This document shows, piece after piece, positions 8,301 to 17,018 of a stretch of 26,466 nucleotides of DNA. Source of the DNA: a virus (lineage: Duplodnaviria > Caudoviricetes); IMG/VR virus record IMGVR_UViG_3300022074_000319, positions 1 through 26,466 of that record. The stretch is one strand, 5' to 3'. The first letter of the stretch is position 1, and each line of letters opens with the position of its first letter. The notes below the pieces were generated by a model that did no database searches, was not told the origin of the DNA, and saw only the letters and a list, made by a program, of their open reading frames with translations. The translations under genes were made by a program, and so were the position numbers.

Positions 8301-10025
8301 AAATTAGAAGGTTATAAAGGTGTTAAAAATGGAGTTAGCGATATAGAGATAGTAGATAAAATATCATCTGCACATGCTTTAACTGAAACTAAAAAACTAT
8401 TATACGATGTATCAACTAAAACCAGATTAGGAAATGCAACAAGAGCTATCTTTCCTTTCGGTGAAGCATACTTAGAAATCTTTACTACCTGGAGTAGATT
8501 AGTTAAAAATGAATTTGGAAGACCTATTAGAAGGTTACAACAAACAGTTGATGCAGCAAGAGAACCTAATCCAATATTTGATGAAGAAGGGCAACAAGGA
8601 TTTTTTTATAAAGACCCTAACACTGGAGAAGAACTATTCGGTTATCCAGGTGAAGGTTTAATAAAAAAGTATATGTTTAAAGACTTAGAAGAAAACGGAG
8701 TAAAAGTTAATTTACCAGTATTTGCTAGTTCTTTAAATATAGCTGGTAGTTTTATACCAGGCTTTGGTCCAACAATAACTGTTCCAGCAGCAATATTAAA
8801 TGCTAAGTTTGAATTTTTAAGACCAGGTAAATTTGAAGAAGAAATTATATTTGGTGGTTTTGCACCGCCAAGTGTTGCTGACCCTGGACAATTTATTCAA
8901 TCATTAGTACCAGAACCTTCTTGGTTTAAAAAACTTCGTACTGCATTTAATGTAGGTACTGCTAACGGTCAAGCTAAAAGAGCATTCTCTAATACAACTA
9001 TTGATGTCTATAAAGCATTAGTTTATGCAGGACAAATAGATGATAGTAACCCACAAGGTGCTAGTGATGGTATTGAGTTAGCAGCTGATTATGCTAGAAA
9101 AATATTTATTATTCGTTCTATCTCACAAGCATTAGGTCCATCTGGTGCGGTAAGTCCTAAGTATGCAATATCAGATAACACTGGACAATTTTATTTATTT
9201 GAAACTCTTGCAGAGGAATACAGAAATATATCTAATGCAACACCAGATAGTTCTACTGCAGTAAAAGTATTTACAGAGAGATTTGGTTTTGACCCAGTTA
9301 CTATTGCAACAAGTAGAACATCAACAGTTAAGAAAAGACCAGTTACTGCAGATGGTGCTACATGGGAAAGAAACAATCCTGAACTTGTAGATAAGTTTGA
9401 TTTAACTTACGCATTTTTAATTGATGAAACTGATTCAGAGTTTTTATATGAACAGTATTACAGCCAGCTAATAAGTGGTGATAGAGTTCCTAGGTCTCCA
9501 GAACAATGGGTACAAGCTAAAAATATATTGTTAGGAAATATAGAATATGAAAACTTTATAAAAACTAATGGTTTGTTAACAAGAAATGACAAAGTAGCTT
9601 CACAAGCAAAACTAAATAAAAAAGCAGAAATAGCTATGAAGTACCCAGGGTATGGTAGAAGCATAGATTATTCACCTACTAAACCAGAGATAGATGATTT
9701 AATAGATGAATTATATACTTGGATTAATCCAGTAACTTATGTTTTAGAACCAAGTATTGCTAACAATTCAGCAGCAATAGGTTTAAAAGAATATTTAAAA
9801 TTTAGAGATAGAGTTATAGCTGATACTAAAAACTTAGGATATAGAGATACTTCTTTTAGAAGTGCAAATAAATTAGCACCTTATAGAAATGCGTTAAGAG
9901 ACAAAATGAAAGCTATACTGGTAACGAACCCAGAGTTTGCATCTTTAGCAAAAGAAATATTTGAAAGAGAGTTACAAGCTGCGGAACAAGATATAGAATT
10001 AATAAGAGGATTATATGACAGTTGA
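5355..10025 (+). CDS. Large internal virion / DNA ejection protein (putative), 1556 aa
   Basis: Very large, helical-looking, K/A/G-rich and Cys-free protein in the structural operon of a phage with no tape measure or sheath gene. The function is inferred. Confidence 0.65.
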   Translation: MSYSIFDAASFQDDSATKKAINQAVAPTTIKPEDAKRASAIINKYPTISKGSLVGAVKLGISQDDPRLKQIVMKESLLKEENGFDKLKDATRRSVRGAFIGFQNLWEMAAPRGVRYLEGRQQGMSHDEARNKSKATLLGEIDSAKAAGKDIDLGQGWFLGSTDPTQTDEYKNLLQSGMDPLEAREWVRDNVLGVNIYEEQKKKANQIQFVGERADKFRDAGLDPTVTIGRYLFKPVDEIIEPGTKAYNYITGAIDIVANIVADPIGMLGFGVAKTRKLSSTFTELENLSKAGKIFESTGLLQGARKSIFGPTTKEFLAGKAGITFKKFMYENSTSDIIATSKNNIDDFQFYDELEKFKRKNKGKSYDEISDSFDDLLNDGLLVKATKNNVPTVKHKGNRMTGMLERTYGTRVITENTDDSIVKLNRFIRLATTGMEKDKAAQKINRFMTGAIKALKDDDSPTEVAKLVSNFITKDFKPQVVKALGGRAKLTKFQEDLVDKGLEVQAKFIGDAQKQKGIVKSFAINTSGENLPITPVLKQLSGGKLDNIDELVDPLTAAQLADEIYLPNATQVIRAAKTLDKKFGAIGSKIATSGSAESVTRFMDWYYGSLFKPLVLLRPAWTVRVIAEEQLRMMASGVTNVITHPAGMIARVLGKEKESAKTLMGTFEDNAQFLETVQNGAGTASSVRRGWGGNGEFTTVTRSENVRAWGEATFRNFMQHKFDPLSRRLAIVQLEQNPAKRIKMLDEVIKEAQTTGTQLNKHIRKVSGADGHAFKGAGNSSKLGQAKAEEFVHYVNAGVAQTTGGKVVTVLDDIDKTPKAAREWIDENGNEDLLKALANEDMSAQELVGLENVDLKKYWAGDLSAEEYTSITTQLRKNQDKLRKDFVKKYKKVLPESARGELKNSISKQTRNLDDLVDTMFDMFMTVPTKTMSRAPTFKKHYWEKVGDFAQHLDEKTLNKVLKQAREAGLATGTGKEKKILKKLEGYKGVKNGVSDIEIVDKISSAHALTETKKLLYDVSTKTRLGNATRAIFPFGEAYLEIFTTWSRLVKNEFGRPIRRLQQTVDAAREPNPIFDEEGQQGFFYKDPNTGEELFGYPGEGLIKKYMFKDLEENGVKVNLPVFASSLNIAGSFIPGFGPTITVPAAILNAKFEFLRPGKFEEEIIFGGFAPPSVADPGQFIQSLVPEPSWFKKLRTAFNVGTANGQAKRAFSNTTIDVYKALVYAGQIDDSNPQGASDGIELAADYARKIFIIRSISQALGPSGAVSPKYAISDNTGQFYLFETLAEEYRNISNATPDSSTAVKVFTERFGFDPVTIATSRTSTVKKRPVTADGATWERNNPELVDKFDLTYAFLIDETDSEFLYEQYYSQLISGDRVPRSPEQWVQAKNILLGNIEYENFIKTNGLLTRNDKVASQAKLNKKAEIAMKYPGYGRSIDYSPTKPEIDDLIDELYTWINPVTYVLEPSIANNSAAIGLKEYLKFRDRVIADTKNLGYRDTSFRSANKLAPYRNALRDKMKAILVTNPEFASLAKEIFERELQAAEQDIELIRGLYDS

Positions 10026-11046
10026 TGATTTTTTTAGCAGAGTAGAACAAATGATAGTTAGTATTAACGAAGGTGCTACTGCTGGTCAAAATAAAATAGG
10101 TATTACATCAGATGATAGAATAAACATACTATCATCTAACACAATAGATGAGGCATCTAAATATTTGTTAGCTGCAGGTATTCCAGAATACGTAATAGAA
10201 ACAGCAATATCTGGTAAAGATTTATTAGACGTTAATGCAGATAGTGCGGCTTTGTTTGCAGCTGGAGAACAAACTGGTTTATTTGGAAACCAAGATGCAA
10301 TCATTGGAGTACCAGCTAATTATTTACCACCTAGAGAAAGTGCAACAGATTTTTATACACAAAATGATTTAGTTAATTTATTTGCTGGATTAGAAGTAGA
10401 AGAGATAGCAGGAATACAAGCAGATTTAGTTAATGCTAAGTTGCTTACTATTGGTGACGGGTTTATTCCAGGAGAATGGGACGCACCTACACAATCTGCA
10501 TTTAGCAGAGTATTAAGAAGAGCAAACATGGGTGGTGTTACTGAATATGAAAAACAAACAGGTGCTGCATGGAGAAATGTATTAGAAGAATACGTAGCTA
10601 ATCCAGTACCTACAATTCCAGATGACGATGTATTTTTACCACCAGACCCAGCAACAAATGCACAACAAGTTAAATCACTATATGCAAGAGAATTAAATAG
10701 AGAACCTAGTGCATACGAACTTAAATTATTATCTAATGAGTTGTACAAACAATCAGAAGCAGCATTTAAACAAAGTCAAGAACTTACAGATGTTGCACAA
10801 GAACCAGCTACATTTACTGGTGATGATTTAATGGCAGGTGAATATGGAAACTATGCTGCAGAAAATGTACAACAAACAATAGATGAAGAAGGACTTTCAC
10901 AAATAGACCCACAAAGTAGAATGAGACAAAAATTTGATGGGTTGATTGAAAACGAGAAAGCTAGGTTAGGAGAAAATTATTCGGGACGTAATACTAGGAC
11001 TGCTATTCTTAATAGCATCTCCGCTAGGACAGGAAGACCACAATAA
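10015..11046 (+). CDS. Putative internal virion protein with a peptidoglycan-binding-like motif, 343 aa
   Basis: Segment IQADLVNAKLL...PGEWDAPTQSAF resembles the PG_binding_1 pattern (Q..L......G.....T..A); adjacent to a lysozyme-fold gene. Confidence 0.55.
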   Translation: MTVDDFFSRVEQMIVSINEGATAGQNKIGITSDDRINILSSNTIDEASKYLLAAGIPEYVIETAISGKDLLDVNADSAALFAAGEQTGLFGNQDAIIGVPANYLPPRESATDFYTQNDLVNLFAGLEVEEIAGIQADLVNAKLLTIGDGFIPGEWDAPTQSAFSRVLRRANMGGVTEYEKQTGAAWRNVLEEYVANPVPTIPDDDVFLPPDPATNAQQVKSLYARELNREPSAYELKLLSNELYKQSEAAFKQSQELTDVAQEPATFTGDDLMAGEYGNYAAENVQQTIDEEGLSQIDPQSRMRQKFDGLIENEKARLGENYSGRNTRTAILNSISARTGRPQ

Positions 11047-11047
11047 C

Positions 11048-11761
11048 ATGAGTCAAGAATTAGTAGCATTTATGGAATCTATAAAAGAACAAGAAAATGC
11101 AGGTGGTAATTATTTACTAAAGCATGAACCTACAACAATGTTAGGTTACGATGGGCAGCCAATGCAAGTACAAGCATTAGGTGCTTATGGAATACTAGAT
11201 GTTAACTGGGATAAGTGGGCAGAACAAGCTGGTTATAAAGGTGCAGATTGGCGAATACCAGAAATGCAAGACATAGTTGCTGCATATAAGTTTACAGAAT
11301 ATTTTAATAAATATGGAAGTTGGGATTTAGTAGCAGTTGCTTGGTATGCAGGACCAGGTGCCGCTAACAAAGCAAAAGGTTTAGGTATTGAATCAGTAAG
11401 TGGCATAGGAAACTTAGAAAGTTTTGGTCCAGCTGTAGGAGATTATGTAACAAGTGTTATGGAAAAATATTCTAATAATTTAGAATCTGCATCAAATGAA
11501 ACAGTAGATAGTTATATAAGTCAATCAGAACAACAAAGCATAGAACCTATTATGCAAACACAAGATGATGGAATGACACCTACTACTGACCCAATACAAA
11601 AATATGCTGCTCAATTGATATCTTCTTTAGTGCCTAGAAACCTAGAGTTTGAAGCACAAGTACCAGATGCAGCAGGAAGTGAAAATGTAGCACAAGTTAG
11701 AACAGGTATTAACAGAGAAGATGATATAACAATGCAAGATGTACTGGATGCTATAGAATGA
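11048..11761 (+). CDS. Virion-associated lytic transglycosylase / lysozyme-fold protein (Rpf/SLT-like)
   Basis: Catalytic-Glu motif QENAGGNY, ALGAYGI, WDKWA, PEMQD, and YGSW..VAVAWYAGPG; acidic low-complexity C-terminus. Confidence 0.78.
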   Translation: MSQELVAFMESIKEQENAGGNYLLKHEPTTMLGYDGQPMQVQALGAYGILDVNWDKWAEQAGYKGADWRIPEMQDIVAAYKFTEYFNKYGSWDLVAVAWYAGPGAANKAKGLGIESVSGIGNLESFGPAVGDYVTSVMEKYSNNLESASNETVDSYISQSEQQSIEPIMQTQDDGMTPTTDPIQKYAAQLISSLVPRNLEFEAQVPDAAGSENVAQVRTGINREDDITMQDVLDAIE

Positions 11762-11865
11762 AACCTATAGAACAAATGTCTAACGTAGAACAAAAAAGAT
11801 TATATTTTCTTAACCACGCATCAAAAAGAAATAGATATAAAAAGATATTTACTGGTAAAAAATAA
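11758..11865 (+). CDS. Small basic peptide, 35 aa
   Basis: MKPIEQMSNVEQKRLYFLNHASKRNRYKKIFTGKK*. ATGA overlap with the upstream gene, and it ends 2 nt before the next ATG. Not in the ORF track. Confidence 0.6.
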   Translation: MKPIEQMSNVEQKRLYFLNHASKRNRYKKIFTGKK

Positions 11866-11867
11866 CC

Positions 11868-13778
11868 ATGGAACAAGAAGAACTTGTTGAACTTGGTGCA
11901 ACAACAACTGCAGTAGCAGCTCCTTTAGATGTATCAAGAAGGTCTATAAATTACTTACGTAATTATGACCCAGGAATAATATACAGTAACAAATATGAAA
12001 TAAAAGACTTAAAAAAATTATTAACAAATTATGACAACTTAATTAAATTTTTAGGAGAAGACCCTAAAGTATTTGATAAAAAAATTATAGATGATTTACT
12101 AGATGGTCTTGGAATTTTAGGCAGAACACATTTTGATACAGCAGAAAGAACAGAAGATTTTTTAACAGATGCGTTTGTACAAAAAAACCCTTTAGATGCA
12201 GAAAAAAATATAGGTAAAGTATTAAAAGATTTAATAGAATTAGAAGAAGGAATATCTGGAACGGTAAATAAAATAGCTGACTCTGGTGTAGATGCACATG
12301 GGTTGAGTTTGTTTGAACAAGCTAGTGGAGGTATATCATTTACGATAGACCAAGCAATAGGTAATTTAAAAAAGTTATCTAATCAACCTAATGCAACACC
12401 TTTAGATATTGCTAAACAATTACAAGATGGTAAATTTTCTAATATAGTTGGAGCGCAACAAGAAGTATTTGATATAGGTAGAACTCTTATAGGACACATG
12501 ACATGGGCAAAAGTAGGAACAATAACAAGAGGTGTTGTTGTAGAAACTGCTGTATATAGTGAAATTTTACAAAGACTAACTAATTTAACTAACAAAGAAG
12601 TTAAACAATTAGACAAATTAGCTAAAGATTTAGATGTAAGATTTAGACCTCTTGATGAATTACAAGATATACCAGTTACTAGAAATAGAACTATAGATAT
12701 AAGTTCTTTAGAGTTAATGCAAGATAACCTTAAAGATTTTATAAATACTAGATATAACTCATATTTAAAAAGAGATGCAGATTTTTATTGGAGAATAAAT
12801 CCAAAAATTATAGAAAAAGAAGAAAGAGCAATATTTGCTGCATCTGATTACATTCGCAGAATAAGTGATGTTATACCAGAAGATATTAAAACTGCAGACA
12901 ATATAGTTATGAGAGAACTGTTTCAAACAGATAATTGGGATTTACCTATAGGTAATTACCTTAATAAAAGTTTTGATAGTGGATATGAAGCTAAAGTTTT
13001 ACCAGAAAATATTTTAAGACAAACACCTTTAGAGTTTGCAGATGATTCTACATTACTAAAAGCACCAGACGTATCATTTAACAAAGTTGGTAGATACCAC
13101 ATGACACCTGCTGCAAATATAGAAAAAATTGTAAATGATTTAAACATAGATTTATTTGTGTATAGCGATAGAAAAAAAGGATTAGTACCTTTAACAGTTT
13201 TAAATTTAGTTAATACTGATAAAAAATTAAATATATGGAAAGGTCCTAAAACTACAGATGAAGATTTAACAAAGTTTATAGATGCTGTAACTGATAAACC
13301 ATTAGACCGTCAAAATTTTAGACTTACAATAGAAGAACCAGAAGTTAAAAAAGAATTAAAGAAACCTATAGTACAACAAGTGCGTCAAACATTTGTAAAA
13401 AATCATACACCAGAAGCTCTTAAAGTTGCAGACAATGCAGTAAAAACAAATCCTAAATTTGCTACAAAATTATTTAAAGGATTAAGTAAGTTAGATGTAG
13501 GTCAAGAAGTTATTGAAAAAGGATTAGCAAAGATTGGAACTAAGTATGGTGCCGCTAGTCTTACTGGACCAGCTGCAGCAGCTTTAGCATTCTATGAAAC
13601 ATTAGTTCTTGTTGCAGATGTAACCAGTGCTGCTACTAAAGCTATTGATAAAGATGTTGATTTCTTTGACAACTTTGGACAAATAGATGATAAATATTCT
13701 ATTACATATAAGTTAACAAAACCATTTTATGAAAATGTATTTAAAGGAATACGTGGTATAAGTTCAGACAATAAGTAG
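11868..13778 (+). CDS. Hypothetical protein, probable internal virion protein, 636 aa
   Basis: Long ORF with a hydrophobic Gly/Ala-rich C-terminal helix (YGAASLTGPAAAALAFYETLVLV) and a possible ART-like YHxT motif. Confidence 0.7.
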   Translation: MEQEELVELGATTTAVAAPLDVSRRSINYLRNYDPGIIYSNKYEIKDLKKLLTNYDNLIKFLGEDPKVFDKKIIDDLLDGLGILGRTHFDTAERTEDFLTDAFVQKNPLDAEKNIGKVLKDLIELEEGISGTVNKIADSGVDAHGLSLFEQASGGISFTIDQAIGNLKKLSNQPNATPLDIAKQLQDGKFSNIVGAQQEVFDIGRTLIGHMTWAKVGTITRGVVVETAVYSEILQRLTNLTNKEVKQLDKLAKDLDVRFRPLDELQDIPVTRNRTIDISSLELMQDNLKDFINTRYNSYLKRDADFYWRINPKIIEKEERAIFAASDYIRRISDVIPEDIKTADNIVMRELFQTDNWDLPIGNYLNKSFDSGYEAKVLPENILRQTPLEFADDSTLLKAPDVSFNKVGRYHMTPAANIEKIVNDLNIDLFVYSDRKKGLVPLTVLNLVNTDKKLNIWKGPKTTDEDLTKFIDAVTDKPLDRQNFRLTIEEPEVKKELKKPIVQQVRQTFVKNHTPEALKVADNAVKTNPKFATKLFKGLSKLDVGQEVIEKGLAKIGTKYGAASLTGPAAAALAFYETLVLVADVTSAATKAIDKDVDFFDNFGQIDDKYSITYKLTKPFYENVFKGIRGISSDNK

Positions 13779-13787
13779 TAAATGAAG

Positions 13788-13793
13788 TACAAT
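13788..13793 (+). promoter_or_regulatory. Possible internal -10 box TACAAT
   Basis: Lies in the 34-nt gap before the 13813 gene and is followed by the SD TAAGGA. Confidence 0.3.
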
Positions 13794-13812
13794 AAATTAA
13801 GGAAAGAAGTAA

Positions 13813-15741
13813 ATGGCATATACAGGTGAAAAATACGTAGGTGATTTAGCACTCTACTACATAGCAAAAAAACTAGAATCTGGTAAAACTACAGGTACTG
13901 TTAAAGAAGCTATTTCTAAAAACGATATTAATAAACAATTAAAAGGAGATTTTGTAGGAGCTGAACCTACTCCTGGAGCTACTTTAGGTTTGCCATATAA
14001 CCAACCACAGGGCAGAGCAACAGTATTTACACAAGAAGAAATTAATACTGCTTTATCTATAGCAGATAGATTGTTTGAGTCATACAGAAGTGAAACACCA
14101 AAAGGTTTTACTGAAATAGATTTATACGAATCAGCACAAATTGAGTCAAAAAAAATAAGTAACATTGAAGAAAATGTAAAACAATTTGCTGGTCCTAATG
14201 ATGTAACCTTTGATTTTGCACCTAATAAACCAGCAGAAGTAGTTATTAAAGATTCTAAAGGAGCAAAAGACCCAGTATATACAGGCATTACTTTTGACTT
14301 TGCTCCTGGTAGAGACCCTAAAGATGTTATAGCAGAGGCACAAGTTGCAGTAGAACTTGGAGTGCCAGCATCATTTGATGTGCCACAAACAACTGTAGAA
14401 GAAATGGGATTTACTCCTGGTACACCTAGTGACCCAACTCCAATTATTCCTGACAATGGTGACAATGGTGATGATGGTGATGATGGTGATGATGGTGGTC
14501 CACAAGAACAAGTTATTAATCCTAATAAAAATGTATTTAATAATATTCCAGATGGTGCAGACCTTGTAGATGTAGAAGGACAACTCTTTTTAAGATATGC
14601 AGTACCAGGTGCAGGTGAACTATACGAAGGCAGCACCTTATTTATGTTTTATGAAGTAAGATACAATGACCCAATTAAAGCTGGCTTTGTTACTCCAGGT
14701 CAAGAGTATTATATTAATGCAAAATTTAGTAATGATGATTTAGATTTAATGGGAGTAGTTGCAGGTAACAGTGCAGACCTTCCACGTAATGGTCCAGACG
14801 GTGTACCTTTACATCCTTTTACTTCTTTTGTAGAGACAATATCTACTGAAGCAACTATTAAACCCTGGATATTAGACCCAGATTCAGTTTCTTTATTAGC
14901 AGAAGCTGCATTAGAAAATAGAGAAGTTACAGAAGCTGAATGGTTTGGTACTAATTGGTACGATGAACATACAGAATCTGAACGTAATTGGTTAAGAGAG
15001 TATTACAAAGACCCAGGCACAGCTACACAAAAAGCAAATGATTATAAGATACAAGTAGCATCTGCATTAAAAGCAGCTGGAGTATCTGGTGGTTATGATA
15101 CAGAAAGTAACCAGGAGTTAGGCGCACCAGATGCACTATCTACCTGGATAGCTAACAAGTGGGTTACTGGTTCTTGGTCCGAATCATATACAACAGAACA
15201 GTTAGCTTTGTTTGCTGACCCATTTAGAACTGGTGTAAGAGATTCAGACTTTACACAATACATTAATACTGCTGGACTTGGTGGATTAAACAGAAGTGCA
15301 GAACAAGAAGATAGGATTCAGAAACTGTACACTCAATATCTTGGACCAGTCTTTGGAGGATTAACAGATACAGAGATAGCAGAGAAAGCTGGTAGGTTAA
15401 GGAACAATCCAGATTACGAACAAGCATTAATAGAAAGTTTAAAGACAAGTAGGTTAGCTTTGTTTCCTAAATATACTAATCCAGAATTAACATACGATGA
15501 TATTGTTACACCTTGGAGAGGGTTAACTAGACAAACATGGGGACAAGAAGCTGACGAAACACAAGGTTGGTGGCAAGATATGGTAGCTACTAATGACTAT
15601 GAAGCTGGTCAAGAATTACTTAGAACTAAAGGATTAGAACAAGACATAGGACAAGTTACAGTAGAAGCAACACAAGCGCTGCAACAAGCATTAGGTGGAG
15701 CTGCTGGTTCTGTAGAAACAAGATTAGGAGTTAACGAATAA
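13813..15741 (+). CDS. Putative internal virion protein, 642 aa
   Basis: Acidic, with a Pro/Asp/Gly linker separating the N- and C-terminal regions; lies within the ejection-protein block. Confidence 0.65.
   Translation: MAYTGEKYVGDLALYYIAKKLESGKTTGTVKEAISKNDINKQLKGDFVGAEPTPGATLGLPYNQPQGRATVFTQEEINTALSIADRLFESYRSETPKGFTEIDLYESAQIESKKISNIEENVKQFAGPNDVTFDFAPNKPAEVVIKDSKGAKDPVYTGITFDFAPGRDPKDVIAEAQVAVELGVPASFDVPQTTVEEMGFTPGTPSDPTPIIPDNGDNGDDGDDGDDGGPQEQVINPNKNVFNNIPDGADLVDVEGQLFLRYAVPGAGELYEGSTLFMFYEVRYNDPIKAGFVTPGQEYYINAKFSNDDLDLMGVVAGNSADLPRNGPDGVPLHPFTSFVETISTEATIKPWILDPDSVSLLAEAALENREVTEAEWFGTNWYDEHTESERNWLREYYKDPGTATQKANDYKIQVASALKAAGVSGGYDTESNQELGAPDALSTWIANKWVTGSWSESYTTEQLALFADPFRTGVRDSDFTQYINTAGLGGLNRSAEQEDRIQKLYTQYLGPVFGGLTDTEIAEKAGRLRNNPDYEQALIESLKTSRLALFPKYTNPELTYDDIVTPWRGLTRQTWGQEADETQGWWQDMVATNDYEAGQELLRTKGLEQDIGQVTVEATQALQQALGGAAGSVETRLGVNE
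14452..14496 (+). repeat. In-frame 9-nt tandem repeat x5 (DNG DNG DDG DDG DDG)
   Basis: GACAATGGT x2 followed by GATGATGGT x3. Confidence 0.9.
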
Positions 15742-16568
15742 TGGCAACTTACTTAGAAGAAGCACAAGCATTATATCCACAGTTATCACCACAGATACTT
15801 GATTTATTTGCAGCTGAATGGGCAAAAAGTAATAACCCCGTTACTGCTATTCGTGCAGTTAGACAGACAGATGTGTACAAAGCAGAGTTTCCTGGTAATT
15901 ATAATGAAACTACTGGTCAAGTTAGATACGATGAAAATACTTATAAAGCATTAGAACAATCTTACATTGGTACACTTCAAGAGTATGGCATACCAGAACA
16001 AACATCTAGGGTATTGTTGGCTGATAGGTTTGTAGGTTTATTAGAAGGTAAAGTATCTGCAATAGAATTTCAACAAAGAGTTAGTGCAGCTTACGAAGGT
16101 ATTGTAGATAATATTCAAGGAGTTCAAAACTTTTTCTCTACTAATTACAATGTTGATTTAACTCCAGAAGCTATATTTATGGGAGCATTAGACCCATCAA
16201 TAGGAGAAGATATAATTGAAGGCAGGATAACAGCTGCACAGATTGGTGGAGAAGCATCAAGAGCTGGCTTTGCTATTACAAGAACAGAAGCAGAAAACCT
16301 TAGAGCAGCTGGTCTTACTCAACAACAAGCAAGGCAGCTTTATACTGCAGCACAAAGAGACTTACCTAGATTAAGAGATATACAAACCAGACAAGACACA
16401 GAAGCAGAAGAGTTATCATTAGAAGAGTTTACACAAGCTGTTGTATTCCAGGACCCAGACGTGTTAGAAAACATTAGCAGGTTAGAAGCAGAAGAAGCAT
16501 CTATGTTTACACCACAAGTTGGTTATGCAAGAAGAGGTGCTAGAGTTACTGGACTTCAGGAACAATAG
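15741..16568 (+). CDS. Putative internal virion protein, 275 aa
   Basis: TAATG-coupled, helical and A/E/Q-rich; last gene before the terminator. Confidence 0.65.
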   Translation: MATYLEEAQALYPQLSPQILDLFAAEWAKSNNPVTAIRAVRQTDVYKAEFPGNYNETTGQVRYDENTYKALEQSYIGTLQEYGIPEQTSRVLLADRFVGLLEGKVSAIEFQQRVSAAYEGIVDNIQGVQNFFSTNYNVDLTPEAIFMGALDPSIGEDIIEGRITAAQIGGEASRAGFAITRTEAENLRAAGLTQQQARQLYTAAQRDLPRLRDIQTRQDTEAEELSLEEFTQAVVFQDPDVLENISRLEAEEASMFTPQVGYARRGARVTGLQEQ

Positions 16569-16613
16569 CAAAAACCCCAACTGGAAACAAACAAACAGTT
16601 AGGGCTTTGCTTT
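16567..16613. terminator. Imperfect hairpin between convergent genes (likely bidirectional terminator)
   Basis: AGCAAAAACCCCAACTG...CAGTTAGGGCTTTGCT lies exactly between the stops at 16568 (+) and 16612 (-). Confidence 0.65.
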
Positions 16614-16827
16614 AAATTAAGTGTTGAATATTCTTTTTTATATATTCCACACTCGCATACGCATCACCAGTCCTATCAAAGAAAATAGGAAAGTATTCTT
16701 TTGGAACCTCTGCAGTAATGTCACTATCACCAGTAGGTTCTTCTAGTACTTCTTCCAAAGTCATAGCGAAAACATAATTACCATCCTCGTCTTGTTGGTC
16801 AAAGCGTTTGCCTAGAAATACATTCAT
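16612..16827 (-). CDS. Small acidic hypothetical protein, 71 aa
   Basis: Strong SD AAGGAGG on the minus strand; ATGA overlap with the upstream minus ORF; 15 D/E versus 6 K/R. Confidence 0.8.
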   Translation of the reverse strand: MNVFLGKRFDQQDEDGNYVFAMTLEEVLEEPTGDSDITAEVPKEYFPIFFDRTGDAYASVEYIKKNIQHLI

Positions 16828-16949
16828 TTACCCTCCTTGGCATTATCTATTAGTTGTTTCCAATAGTCTGGTGATTCTGAATCTATAAACCAATCACCGT
16901 TTTTAACAAAAGCATCGTACTCTTCTTCTGTTTCAAAAGCTCCGTACAT
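16824..16949 (-). CDS. Small acidic/aromatic hypothetical protein, 41 aa
   Basis: MYGAFETEEEYDAFVKNGDWFIDSESPDYWKQLIDNAKEGK*; SD GAAAGGA. Not in the ORF track. Confidence 0.75.
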   Translation of the reverse strand: MYGAFETEEEYDAFVKNGDWFIDSESPDYWKQLIDNAKEGK

Positions 16950-16977
16950 TTGTTTTCCTTTCTTTTGCTTACATTAA

Positions 16978-17006
16978 TTAGACTACCTAAGAAAAAAAAG
17001 GTTACA
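16978..17006 (-). promoter_or_regulatory. ECF-sigma-like promoter for the minus-strand operon
   Basis: Minus strand reads TGTAAC-N15-TAGTCTAA, matching the AAC...TCTRA spacing of sigmaE-type promoters. TAGTCT also fits a TANNNT -10. Confidence 0.5.
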
Positions 17007-17018
17007 TGTTTTTTTTTG

